Below, in pieces: positions 31,736-41,321 of a DNA stretch of 64,000 nt. Numbering within the stretch: the first letter of the stretch is position 1; each line of letters starts with the position of its first letter. Under the pieces are notes generated by a model. That model was not told where the DNA came from, did not search any database, and worked only from the letters and a program-made list of their open reading frames with translations. The DNA comes from Nitrospinaceae bacterium (GTDB lineage: Bacteria; Nitrospinota; Nitrospinia; Nitrospinales; Nitrospinaceae). A program made the position numbers and the translations under genes. The DNA lies in the NCBI GenBank assembly GCA_965237905.1, contig OZ250172.1:1984001-2048000 (forward strand), given 5' to 3'.

Positions 31736-32161
31736 ATGGCGATTGAAAATCCTCATGATTTACTGATCGAGTGTTCGGATTGCGGGGTGGAGAATATGTT
31801 TTCCGAATACACCCCCGAACAGGCGACGGTTTGCAACCAGTGCCGAACGAGGTTGATACAGCCTGATTTCGACCAGACGTATAATGAACACCGGTGTGAT
31901 GATTGCGGTTTTGTAATGTGTCTGTTGAAGGACACCCTGTTCGAAAAAGGCAAGACCGCCTGCCGGTGCGGGAGCTTCAACATACAAGCAATTTCCAAGT
32001 CAATTCTCTACGAAGATGCAGAAGAAGCCGGGGCCTTTGATCTGGATGAAGAAGATGTCGATACCACTCCCAGCGATGACTGGTGTCGTTCGGATTTGTC
32101 GGGCATTGAAGCGTCGGAAGATTACAACGAAATGTTCGATCAGGATCCCGGGGACAATTAA
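31736..32161 (+). CDS. Double zinc-ribbon protein with acidic tail
   Basis: CSDC, CNQC, CDDC and CRC motifs; D/E-rich C-terminus. Confidence 0.75.
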   Translation: MAIENPHDLLIECSDCGVENMFSEYTPEQATVCNQCRTRLIQPDFDQTYNEHRCDDCGFVMCLLKDTLFEKGKTACRCGSFNIQAISKSILYEDAEEAGAFDLDEEDVDTTPSDDWCRSDLSGIEASEDYNEMFDQDPGDN

Positions 32162-32303
32162 ACCCGGAAAGTATCCTTGAGTTCAGAATTCAGTAGAGAA
32201 TCGCTCCCTTTCGTATTTGATTAAAAATCCCACCTCGTGGCTATACCGTGCAATTATGTTTTGGTGATAGCCATTGTTTAATGAGTTTGGAAATCCGTAA
32301 ACG

Positions 32304-33491
32304 ATGCATAAAGCCATCTCACCTTCTTTGCCTGCGGCCAAAAAAATTCTGCTGATCAAGATGGGGGCCGTGGGAGACCTGATCATGGCCTCGTCTCTTT
32401 TTGAGGCGGTACGGCAGAACTTCCCGCAGGCCCGGATTTTTCACCTGGTTTCGGATCAGCTGTTCCATACGGTAAAAGCAAACCCCCATATCGATCGATT
32501 CATTCCTGCCGACTCCGATGCGCTTTACAAAGGCGGTTGGTTTGCGCGGTTACGGGAAGTATTTCGCTTGATTTCATTATTGCGGAAGGAGCGCTTCGAC
32601 ATGGTTTTCGTATTGCACTGGGCCTGGCAATTCAATTTGCTGGCATTGATGTGCGGTATTCCGGTTCGCGTGGGGTTCAAGCGGAAATGGGGAAGGCTGT
32701 TTTTGACGCACCGGGTGCGGCCTGACGAAAATCAAAATAACCGGGAAGCCTATCTGAATTTATTAAGGATTTTTGGGGTGTCGGTCCGCTACCAGAAAAG
32801 CCATTACTATCTTTCGGAAAAGGAAGACCGTTTTCTGGAAACGTTTGTCGAGGAACACCGGATGGGTGCCGAAGAACAATTGATCGCATTGGCTCCCGGA
32901 GGCGGCAGGAACATCAAACAAACCATGCTGACCCGCCTGTGGCCGGTCGACCGTTATATGGAACTGCTCGGCAATATCTTGCAGACGGGCTCTTACCGGA
33001 TCGTGCTGATCGCCGGACCGGACGACGGCCCGGTGATTCAACCCATTCTTGCCCGGTACCCGCAGTGCATTGATACGCGCACCTTGAGTTTCGGTGAAAA
33101 GGCCTCGATCCTACGGCGGTGCCGCCTGTTGGTTGGCAATGATAGCGCTCCCATACATATGGCCACAGCGATGAGTATACCGACGTACTCCCTGTGGGGT
33201 CCGACCAATCCCAAACGCTATGGCGATCCGGTTTTGCACCACACTCCATTTTTCAAGGAGATCGAATGTTCTCCCTGTTATTCGTACGGGGAGTTTCCGG
33301 CGTGTAACGATAACCAGTGCATGCAGGCCATTTCGGTGGCTGAGGTTTGGGAAGTGCTGCAAGCCGCATTAAGCCTGAAAATTCCCAAGCCTGCTTTTAT
33401 TGAAAGCTCCGTACCAGAGAAAGAGTTTCCCGAAGATATCGTTTCCGCTCCGCCAGTGGTCCTGGAGCGCCCCAACCAATCCACTGCCTGA
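32304..33491 (+). CDS. Glycosyltransferase family 9 (heptosyltransferase-like)
   Basis: GAVGDLI, GNDSAPIHMA, WGPT and CSPC...C...CM motifs. Confidence 0.9.
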   Translation: MHKAISPSLPAAKKILLIKMGAVGDLIMASSLFEAVRQNFPQARIFHLVSDQLFHTVKANPHIDRFIPADSDALYKGGWFARLREVFRLISLLRKERFDMVFVLHWAWQFNLLALMCGIPVRVGFKRKWGRLFLTHRVRPDENQNNREAYLNLLRIFGVSVRYQKSHYYLSEKEDRFLETFVEEHRMGAEEQLIALAPGGGRNIKQTMLTRLWPVDRYMELLGNILQTGSYRIVLIAGPDDGPVIQPILARYPQCIDTRTLSFGEKASILRRCRLLVGNDSAPIHMATAMSIPTYSLWGPTNPKRYGDPVLHHTPFFKEIECSPCYSYGEFPACNDNQCMQAISVAEVWEVLQAALSLKIPKPAFIESSVPEKEFPEDIVSAPPVVLERPNQSTA

Positions 33492-34347
33492 AATTCACCG
33501 CCAGAATATTTTTCCTCATCTTGAAACCCAGATAAATTTTTAACAGTTTAAGGTCGGTTTCTTCCAAGTGTTTTTTAAAGTAATGAAGCTGGCTTCTGCG
33601 GTATTCCAGCGCGCTTTGTTCCGGATTAGACCGGACGCTTCCGCCGCCGAAATGAATCACTTCCGCTTCGGGGGTATAGCGCACCTGCCAGCCTGACTGA
33701 CGGATGCGCTGGCACAGATCGGCATCTTCCAGATACATGAAAAAAGTTTCGTCCATCAATTTTGCTTCTAATAGGGCCTGCCGGCGCGATAGCATGCAGG
33801 CCCCCTTCACCCAGTCCACTTCCCTTTCGCGGGAATGCAGGGAACGCAACACCCAGCCAACGGGAGGGAAACGGTGGTTCTCCCAAAGGTTGAAGAAAAT
33901 TTTGCGAATCACTTCGTTTCGAATGCTCACCTCGTAACCAAAGGATTGCTGAAGACTGCGGTCGGCATTCAGTAACCGGCACCCCAGGAGCCCCGTTTCG
34001 GGAGACTGATCCATTTCCTTCAGCAGAGTGGTGAGGGTTTTCGGCAGGACTACAGTATCCGGATTCAACAGCAGAATAGACCGCCCCTGCGATTGAGAGA
34101 TTCCCTGATTGTTGCCACGCGCGAATCCCAGGTTTTCCGGATTGGCGATCAAACGTGCATTCGGGAATTCGTTGCGAATGATATCCGGCGTCCCATCCTG
34201 CGAGGCATTGTCCACCACGATCACCTCGTGGTCGATGCCCCCGGCGGCTCGCTGGACCGATTCCAGGCAGTCACGCACGTGTCTTCGTGAATTGTACGTG
34301 ACCACGATGATGGATAATTCCAATGTGCCTGAGTTGGGATCGGTCAT
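33397..34347 (-). CDS. Glycosyltransferase family 2 (WbbL-like)
   Basis: SIIVVTYNS, VVDNASQDGT, NLGFARGNN, LLNPD, FFMYLEDADLC; ATGA overlap with the oppA-like stop. Confidence 0.9.
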   Translation of the reverse strand: MTDPNSGTLELSIIVVTYNSRRHVRDCLESVQRAAGGIDHEVIVVDNASQDGTPDIIRNEFPNARLIANPENLGFARGNNQGISQSQGRSILLLNPDTVVLPKTLTTLLKEMDQSPETGLLGCRLLNADRSLQQSFGYEVSIRNEVIRKIFFNLWENHRFPPVGWVLRSLHSREREVDWVKGACMLSRRQALLEAKLMDETFFMYLEDADLCQRIRQSGWQVRYTPEAEVIHFGGGSVRSNPEQSALEYRRSQLHYFKKHLEETDLKLLKIYLGFKMRKNILAVNFRQWIGWGAPGPLAERKRYLRETLSLVRSFQ

Positions 34348-35969
34348 TGAGTTTCTATTGGGGAAGGTTTGTTTTCGGCCAACCGGACCCGTTTCAAATA
34401 CAGCCATTCCATGGCGTTGAGGCCCAGGTTCTGTACATGAGGTTTCACCAGCACGTTTTGAGCGGCAACGAAAAGAGAGATGATAGCAGAGTCGGTCTCG
34501 GTCAACAAAATTTGTGCTTCATTATAAATGGTTTGCCGGGTCTCGGGGTCCTGCTCGGCCGCTCCCTGGGCGATCAAACGATCATAACGTTCATTTTTCC
34601 ACTGAAGGCGATTGTTACCGCTGGTGGAGATGAACAGGTTCATGAAATTGTCGGGGTCCGGAAAATCGGCTCCCCAACCCAGCCGGAACACTGCAGGCGG
34701 ATCGACATCCAGCTTTTTCAAATAAACCTTCCATTCCTGATCTTCCAGACCCACCTCCAGTCCCAAGTGCTTTTTCCATTGCGCCTGCACGAACTGGGCG
34801 ATGAGGCGGTGGGTGGGATCGGTATTATAAGCAATGCTGAACGATGGAAATTTCTTTCCTGCGGGGTATCCGGCTTCCGCAAGTAATGCCCGTGCTTTTT
34901 CGAGATCGAATGCAGGACCGATTTTGGAGTTGTACCCGAACATGCCCTTGGGGATCCAGGAGGACGTCGGCCATTCGCCGCCTTTTAAAATGATGGGAAT
35001 CTGTGACCGGTCGATGGCGTGGGCAAGTGCCCGCCGCACTCGTACTTTGTCGAACGGGTGTTTGGTCACGTTAAAGCCGTAGTAGTAACCGCGAAGCAAC
35101 GGAAGATTTTTATACTCGGCGTGGGTCTTGTAATGAGGAATCGCCACCGGCGGGAGTCCCACCATATCCAATTCTCCCGTTTCATACAGGGTCAATTCCG
35201 TAGTTGGGTTGCGGACCACATACATGATGATCCGGTTCAGTGCCGGTTGGGCGTCATAATAATTCGGATTCGATTGGAGCACCAGTTTGTATTCGTGGTA
35301 CCACTGGTCGAGGGTGAAAGGACCGTTGGTGACGATATGCTCCGGGTCGGTCCAGCGGTCGCCGTGTTGTTCGATCACATCCCGGCGTTGCGGAAAGGTG
35401 ACCATGAAGGTGGTGAGACTGGGAAAATAAATGACCGGTCGCTTGAGGCGCACCTGCAGGATGGTTGGAGAAAGGGCCTTCACGCCCACTTGTCCGGCGT
35501 CTTTAATTTTACCGGAATTGTATTCGGCGGCGTTTTCGACATCGAATAGAAAATAAGCGTATTGAGCGGCGGTATCGGGATTGAGCAGTCGCTTCCAAGA
35601 GTACTCGAATTGCTGGGCAGTGACCGGCTGGCCGTCCGTCCACTTCACATCATCGCGCAGATAAAAGGTAATCACGCGCCCGCCTTCGGAAAATTCCCAA
35701 CGCTTGGCGATAGCGGGAACCGGTTCCAGTCGATCGTTGTACTGGGTCAAACCCTCCATGATATTGGTCAACACGTTGAAGGATACGCCGTCGGTGGCCA
35801 GGGACCAGTCGAGCGTGGGCGGTTCGGTGGTCACCGCGATGCGCAGGGTCTTGTCCTCCACGGCAGAGGGTTCGCCGGAACAACCCGCTAGCCACAAGGC
35901 GCTTACCAGGGCCAAGATCCCCATTCCCCGGTGGAGGAGAGGTTTGCCGATATTCGGGATCGTCTTCAT
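34344..35969 (-). CDS. oppA: Oligopeptide ABC transporter substrate-binding lipoprotein
   Basis: Lipobox LAGC, EPPTLD, WTDGQPVTA, NGPF, RLGWGADFPDP motifs; start codon uncertain. Confidence 0.88.
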   Translation of the reverse strand: MKTIPNIGKPLLHRGMGILALVSALWLAGCSGEPSAVEDKTLRIAVTTEPPTLDWSLATDGVSFNVLTNIMEGLTQYNDRLEPVPAIAKRWEFSEGGRVITFYLRDDVKWTDGQPVTAQQFEYSWKRLLNPDTAAQYAYFLFDVENAAEYNSGKIKDAGQVGVKALSPTILQVRLKRPVIYFPSLTTFMVTFPQRRDVIEQHGDRWTDPEHIVTNGPFTLDQWYHEYKLVLQSNPNYYDAQPALNRIIMYVVRNPTTELTLYETGELDMVGLPPVAIPHYKTHAEYKNLPLLRGYYYGFNVTKHPFDKVRVRRALAHAIDRSQIPIILKGGEWPTSSWIPKGMFGYNSKIGPAFDLEKARALLAEAGYPAGKKFPSFSIAYNTDPTHRLIAQFVQAQWKKHLGLEVGLEDQEWKVYLKKLDVDPPAVFRLGWGADFPDPDNFMNLFISTSGNNRLQWKNERYDRLIAQGAAEQDPETRQTIYNEAQILLTETDSAIISLFVAAQNVLVKPHVQNLGLNAMEWLYLKRVRLAENKPSPIETQ

Positions 35970-36088
35970 TGAGCCCAAGGATATCATTGACTTGGGCGAG
36001 TCCCAACGGGTTTTAAAATATCGATTTAATTGCTTTACTTTTTCATGGGACTCGATAAAATCAACGTTTCCCAAATTTTCGAGCAATT

Positions 36089-36769
36089 ATGGCACCCAAA
36101 GTAAACTTTGAAGACCTGACGTGGATTCGCCGCTGGGTCAAAAAAGGCTTGAGCAAGGATAAAAAGACCCTGGATTTGTCCAACCGCCGCTTCAATTTGC
36201 AAATTGCGATTGAAGTGGCTGAAGGTATGGCGGTCCCGGGAATCGAGATCCTGTACATGCACGGCTGTTGGCTGAAGGACCCCTATATGGAGGAATTGGC
36301 CGTATCCGACCTGTTCGCTCCCGTGAAGGAGCTCTGGATGTATGAGAACAGCATTGGTAGTGAAGGAGTCCGGTATATCGCCGAATCGGAAAAGTTCGAA
36401 AATCTGCACTATTTGAGCCTTTATTCGAACAAAATCGGACCCGAGGGGGCGGTCGCGCTGGCGGAATCTCCGCATCTGTCCCGGCTGGAAACGCTCGACC
36501 TGTCGTTCAACAAGGTGGGCGATGAAGGGGCGGCCGCACTGGCCCAATCCAAACATCTGAACCGGCTCAAAGTTCTGCATCTGGATGCCAACGGCATCGG
36601 TGCCGCAGGCATGGCGGCTCTGGCCGAATGTTCCGGCCTGCGCAACCTCACGACCCTCAATCTGACCTACAACCGGATGGAGCCCGACGGACTCGAATTA
36701 TTGGCGGCCTCCCCGCGCCTCAAGCAATTGGAAACATTTAAATCGGACGCTCCCCAAGAAGATGACTGA
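36089..36769 (+). CDS. Leucine-rich repeat protein (28-aa RI-like repeats)
   Basis: Repeats of L..L.L..N.IG.EGA.ALA.S..L. Confidence 0.88.
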   Translation: MAPKVNFEDLTWIRRWVKKGLSKDKKTLDLSNRRFNLQIAIEVAEGMAVPGIEILYMHGCWLKDPYMEELAVSDLFAPVKELWMYENSIGSEGVRYIAESEKFENLHYLSLYSNKIGPEGAVALAESPHLSRLETLDLSFNKVGDEGAAALAQSKHLNRLKVLHLDANGIGAAGMAALAECSGLRNLTTLNLTYNRMEPDGLELLAASPRLKQLETFKSDAPQEDD

Positions 36770-38252
36770 TAGCCTGCAATCCCAAAACGACGATCAACAC
36801 ATCCTCGACGTAATCCAAGAAAAACTCGGCTGGCAATTGCCGAATCTGGATTTGAGTTACGAGCGATTGGGAGATGTGGGTGTGACGTTTCTCGCGCGGA
36901 AGAACAACTTATCCCACGTGCGGGTGTTGAACCTGAGCTGGAACGAGATTTCGGATGCCGGACTGCGGGCTCTGGCGGCATGCACGACTCTGACCAATTT
37001 GACTCACCTGCATTTGGATTCCAACCGGATCGGCGACGCGGGGGCTCAGGTCCTGGCGGATTCCGCGTACCTGGGTCGTGTGAAATTGATCAACCTGACC
37101 AACAATCGGGTGAGTGACGCAGGCGCTTTGGCCCTGATCAAATCGGCACAACTGCCGAATCTGGAGTTTCTGGAATTGGAACTCAATCAGGTTGGATCGA
37201 GCCGGTTAAGCCGGTTTCCGGATGGTGCGGCCAACGCTTGTTTGAAATGGCTGAACTTAAGGAGCAATCAAATCAGCAGTGGGACTCTGGAGGACTGGGT
37301 GCAGACGGGAGCATTTGCGCCGCTGACACATTTGAACCTGGGTTGGAACCAGATTGACGATGCCGGCGCTAAACTGTTGGCCCATTCCCCGACCATCGCT
37401 CAGCTGGAGACGCTGTTATTGAACTCGAATCACGTCAACACAGAGGGTGCGAACGCCCTGGCGCAGTCCAAAAACCTCCCCAACATCCGCGAATTGTTCA
37501 TGCATGACAACGATTTCAATCAGGATGGAAAAATTGCACTCAACGATATGCATATCCGGCAATTGATTCGGAAGCATCTGGAGGGGACGACTCTAAGCAT
37601 CAATGGCAAGCGGCTGAACAACAGCGGTTTGGAAGCCCTGGCCCGGTGTCCGGAACTGGCCAAGGTGGAAACGTTATCCTTGCGCAATAACCATTTCGAT
37701 CACAAAGGTTTGATCGCTCTGGTGGCATCTCCCCATCTCAAAGCTCTGAAAGTGCTGAATGTGATGGATAACCCGATCGGCAATAAAGGAGTGGTGGGGA
37801 TGGTCGAGTCGGCTTCGTTTGATGGATTGCGGCGTTTGAATCTGGAGCGTACCGAATTAACCTCTTCCGGAATTCTGGCGCTGGCGGTTTCCAAAAAACT
37901 TTCCGCGCTTGAAGAACTGAATGTCAGTCACAACGATCTCGGAGACCGCGGCGCCCGCATTCTGGCCGCTTCCGAATTATTGGTCCAACTTCAGCGCCTG
38001 TTTCTGTGGAACACCCATATCGGTGATGAAGGTTTGCGGGCCATCGCCTATTCCCCCTATTTGACCCGGTTGCATGAGTTGAAAGTCTGCAACAACCAGA
38101 TCGGTCCCAAAGGCATTCAGGCGCTGGCCGAATCGGATAAATTGTCCAGCCTTCAAAAGTTGGATCTCAGAAACAATCGGTTCAACGTCAATACCTTCGT
38201 GCACTTTACCCATTCCCCGAAGTTCAAGGCATTGCAAGAATTCCGATTCTGA
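36762..38252 (+). CDS. Leucine-rich repeat protein (28-aa RI-like repeats), two repeat blocks
   Basis: Same repeat unit through ~496 aa; overlaps the preceding LRR gene. Confidence 0.9.
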   Translation: MTDSLQSQNDDQHILDVIQEKLGWQLPNLDLSYERLGDVGVTFLARKNNLSHVRVLNLSWNEISDAGLRALAACTTLTNLTHLHLDSNRIGDAGAQVLADSAYLGRVKLINLTNNRVSDAGALALIKSAQLPNLEFLELELNQVGSSRLSRFPDGAANACLKWLNLRSNQISSGTLEDWVQTGAFAPLTHLNLGWNQIDDAGAKLLAHSPTIAQLETLLLNSNHVNTEGANALAQSKNLPNIRELFMHDNDFNQDGKIALNDMHIRQLIRKHLEGTTLSINGKRLNNSGLEALARCPELAKVETLSLRNNHFDHKGLIALVASPHLKALKVLNVMDNPIGNKGVVGMVESASFDGLRRLNLERTELTSSGILALAVSKKLSALEELNVSHNDLGDRGARILAASELLVQLQRLFLWNTHIGDEGLRAIAYSPYLTRLHELKVCNNQIGPKGIQALAESDKLSSLQKLDLRNNRFNVNTFVHFTHSPKFKALQEFRF

Positions 38253-38286
38253 TTTCATACAGGAAAACTGAAAGGAGGGGAGGGCC

Positions 38287-38859
38287 TTACTGGTTTTTGC
38301 GGGTCATTTCGACTTCACTCGAAGCCAGGATTTTTTGGACTCTAGCCAGCTCGGAAGTAAACTGCTCGAACTTTTCTTTGTGCTTTTCGTCTTTGTTCAA
38401 ATTATTGATGAACTCTTCCAACGTTTTTAAGTTTTTACTTTTGGATAATTCTTCCTTCAGGATCTTTATTTTCTTTTCAAGCTCTGCAAACGCGGGATCC
38501 TTGCGGGACAGCTCTTCAGAAAACTCGGGGAACCAGTCCAGATTGGCAAAAGCGTGCAACCCTTTATCCCGGATGATCAAATCCGGGTGCTTGTCGGACA
38601 TGTATTGAAACTTTTTGGTGTCGTATTCCATCTCTTTCATACGCCATTCAATACTGTCGTCAGCGACCGGTTTCAATTCCGGACGGTCCACCACAACGAT
38701 GTCATAGAGCTTCAGCATCCAGTCCTTTTTGACCTGTGACAGGGTATCCCAAGCCGGGGCCCCCGTTTTGGGTATATTATCCCCTGCCAGGACCGTGCCT
38801 GCTTGAAGCAACAGGACCACCAGAATAACCAATAGATTGCGCATGACTTTCTTCAGCAT
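38287..38859 (-). CDS. Hypothetical secreted helical protein
   Basis: Signal peptide (VLA-G); K/E-rich helices. Confidence 0.7.
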   Translation of the reverse strand: MLKKVMRNLLVILVVLLLQAGTVLAGDNIPKTGAPAWDTLSQVKKDWMLKLYDIVVVDRPELKPVADDSIEWRMKEMEYDTKKFQYMSDKHPDLIIRDKGLHAFANLDWFPEFSEELSRKDPAFAELEKKIKILKEELSKSKNLKTLEEFINNLNKDEKHKEKFEQFTSELARVQKILASSEVEMTRKNQ

Positions 38860-38990
38860 TGATGTAAATCCTCGAAAAAACGTTGTAATGCCTTATATAA
38901 GTGTATTTCTATTATATCGCAGTCTTTAAAATATGGGATGTTAAATCAAAAAAAAACCAGAGAACGGCTGGAAGCAGGCTAAAAACAAGC

Positions 38991-39023
38991 AAAAAAATCC
39001 CCGGAACCAAAGTTCCGGGGATT
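38991..39023 (-). terminator. Intrinsic terminator after the NuoF/HydB-like gene
   Basis: AATCCCCGGAAC-CAAA-GTTCCGGGGATT perfect stem with an A-run on the + strand. Confidence 0.85.
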
Positions 39024-39061
39024 CTTATTCGGGGGCTGCTTAATCTTCAGGTGATGGTGGA

Positions 39062-40885
39062 TCAGGCAATCGCCAGGAAATTACAGGCTTGGTAGCAGGC
39101 GTTGCAGTTGATGCACAGGTCCATATCGATGTGGGCCGCGACCTTTTTGGTGCCGCCGGTAATAGCCCCAGTGGGGCATGGTTTGATGCACGCGCCACAG
39201 GCCACACAATCGTCTTCTTTCACAAAGTATATGTAGAGACCGGTACACATGGCCGCATCGCATACCTGATCGACAATATGGCGCTCGTATACTTTGCGGA
39301 AATACTTGAGCCCGGTCAGCACCGAATAAACGGCGGTTTCGCCTAAGCCGCACAGTGAAGTGACATTGATTTCTTCACACATGGCCTGCAGTTTGTCGAG
39401 ATATTCAATTTTGCCGCGGCCTTCGGCGATATCGTCCAGCATGTTTTTGATGAGGGTCAACCCAATACGGCAGGGGGTGCACTTGCCGCAGGTTTCCGCT
39501 TCGTTGAAGCCGATGGAAAATCGGGTCAGGTCGACCACGCAGGCGGACTCGTCATAAGCCGACAGGCTGGCCTGGCCCATGAGGGCGCCGGCCTCGAGAA
39601 GGCTTTCGTAATCGGTTTTGATGTCGATTTTATCCGGGGGTAAAAACCCGCCGGTCACGCCGCCGATATGCACTACCTTCAACTCTTTTTTCTTGAGGAT
39701 GCCGCCGCAATAATCCTCGACGATCTCCCGGACGGTGGTGTTCATATCGAATTCCATGAGCCCGTTGTACTTGATGTTGCCCGCCAACGCCCAGGTTTTA
39801 CATCCATGCGCGTTGTCCGGTCCCATGGAACGGTGCCAGTCGGCGCCTTTACTAATGATAAAAGGTACCGTCGCATACGTTTCGGCGTTGTTGAGACTGG
39901 TGGGGTAACCGAACAACCCTTTCTCCGATGAATGCGGAGGCTGGGCTTTCGGGAACGGCCGTTTGCCTTCGACCGACTCCATCAGCGCGGTGGACTCGCC
40001 GCCGATAAACGCTTCCATGCCTTCATGCACGTAACCATCGATGCTGAAGTCGGTTCCCATGATGTTGTTGCCGAGAAAACCGCGTTCGCGGGCCTGCTCC
40101 AGCGCCATGTTCAGGCGCCGCACCGCAATGCCGTAATCGGAACGGGTGTAGATGATCGCCTCGGTCGCCTGAATGGCATAGGCACCGATCAATAAACCTT
40201 CCAGAACCTGATGGGGAGAGCCTTCCATAACACTGCGGTCCATGTAGGAAGACGGGTTGCCTTCGTCACCGTTGACCATGATGAAGCGTTTTTCGGCCTG
40301 CTGGTTGGCGGCTTTTCCCCATTTTTCACCCGTGATAAAACCGCCGCCGCCTTTACCGCGCAGATTGGATTTCTTGATTTCAGCGATGACTTCCGCCGGC
40401 TTCATGGTGGTCAATACTTTTTTGAGCGCTTCGTAACCGCCGACTGCAATGTATTCGTCGATGTTTTCGGGATCGATATTGCCGCCGTGCGCCAGGGCCA
40501 CGCGCGTCTGCTTATCGAGCTTTTCGTAATAATCCGGTTTGGCCGCGCCTTTGGCGACGGGTTTGCCGCCGATGATGTGATCCGTCATGATCTTGGCCAC
40601 CATGTCCGGCTTGACGCGTTCATAGGTGACGCGCGGCTGGCCGGGAACATAGACATCCACCAGAACGTCGCGACTGCAATAACCGCGGCAACCGACCTGA
40701 CCCAGAGAGCAACCGCCCTTTTCCATGATTTCGGCGGCGGCCTTGTGCTCTTCGATTTGTTTTTCGAATTCCTGATAGACCAGTTCCGCACCTTCTGCGA
40801 TACCGCTCAGGCTTTTGCACACGGTGATTTTAACCGTGTCTTTTTTCGTGCTTGAGGCTTTGGCCTGTTCCGCCACAGCTTCCAT
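39062..40885 (-). CDS. NuoF/HydB-type flavo-iron-sulfur subunit, stand-alone and divergent
   Basis: N-terminal thioredoxin-like FeS domain, LRGKGGGGF..G.KW, NGDEG, CGKCTPC...C and C-terminal 2x CxxCxxCxxxC ferredoxin domain. Confidence 0.9.
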   Translation of the reverse strand: MEAVAEQAKASSTKKDTVKITVCKSLSGIAEGAELVYQEFEKQIEEHKAAAEIMEKGGCSLGQVGCRGYCSRDVLVDVYVPGQPRVTYERVKPDMVAKIMTDHIIGGKPVAKGAAKPDYYEKLDKQTRVALAHGGNIDPENIDEYIAVGGYEALKKVLTTMKPAEVIAEIKKSNLRGKGGGGFITGEKWGKAANQQAEKRFIMVNGDEGNPSSYMDRSVMEGSPHQVLEGLLIGAYAIQATEAIIYTRSDYGIAVRRLNMALEQARERGFLGNNIMGTDFSIDGYVHEGMEAFIGGESTALMESVEGKRPFPKAQPPHSSEKGLFGYPTSLNNAETYATVPFIISKGADWHRSMGPDNAHGCKTWALAGNIKYNGLMEFDMNTTVREIVEDYCGGILKKKELKVVHIGGVTGGFLPPDKIDIKTDYESLLEAGALMGQASLSAYDESACVVDLTRFSIGFNEAETCGKCTPCRIGLTLIKNMLDDIAEGRGKIEYLDKLQAMCEEINVTSLCGLGETAVYSVLTGLKYFRKVYERHIVDQVCDAAMCTGLYIYFVKEDDCVACGACIKPCPTGAITGGTKKVAAHIDMDLCINCNACYQACNFLAIA

Positions 40886-41321
40886 GGGGCTTCTCCTATG
40901 ACTCTATATAATCATTGAATTTAAGTTTCTTAATAGCCGTTCATCCTCCAGGGGAGGGTAAACAGGAAGATGCAGATAATAATATAAATTCGCACAGGTT
41001 CCAAGGAATTTCCATAAAATCCGGCATGGATGTATGGAAAAGTCTCCGGGCCTGATCGTTGAAATGAAAGAAAATACGCTCTCTTACAAGTCGAGAAAAG
41101 AGGTCCAATGGGCAATTCAGGTATCCAGTGCCGAAACCTCCTCAATCTTCACCCTTTAACCTCAAGTATATCACTCTCATCCGAAGAAATTTAACGAGAA
41201 ATAGAGCTCAGAGCCGTTTTCCCCGGATGGGTTGCTGGCAGATTGTGCAACACCCGGGACTTGCAGGCGTTATGGCCGAAAGAGGCAAATGGGGGCTCCA
41301 ACAGGGTTAATGCCCTTCGGT

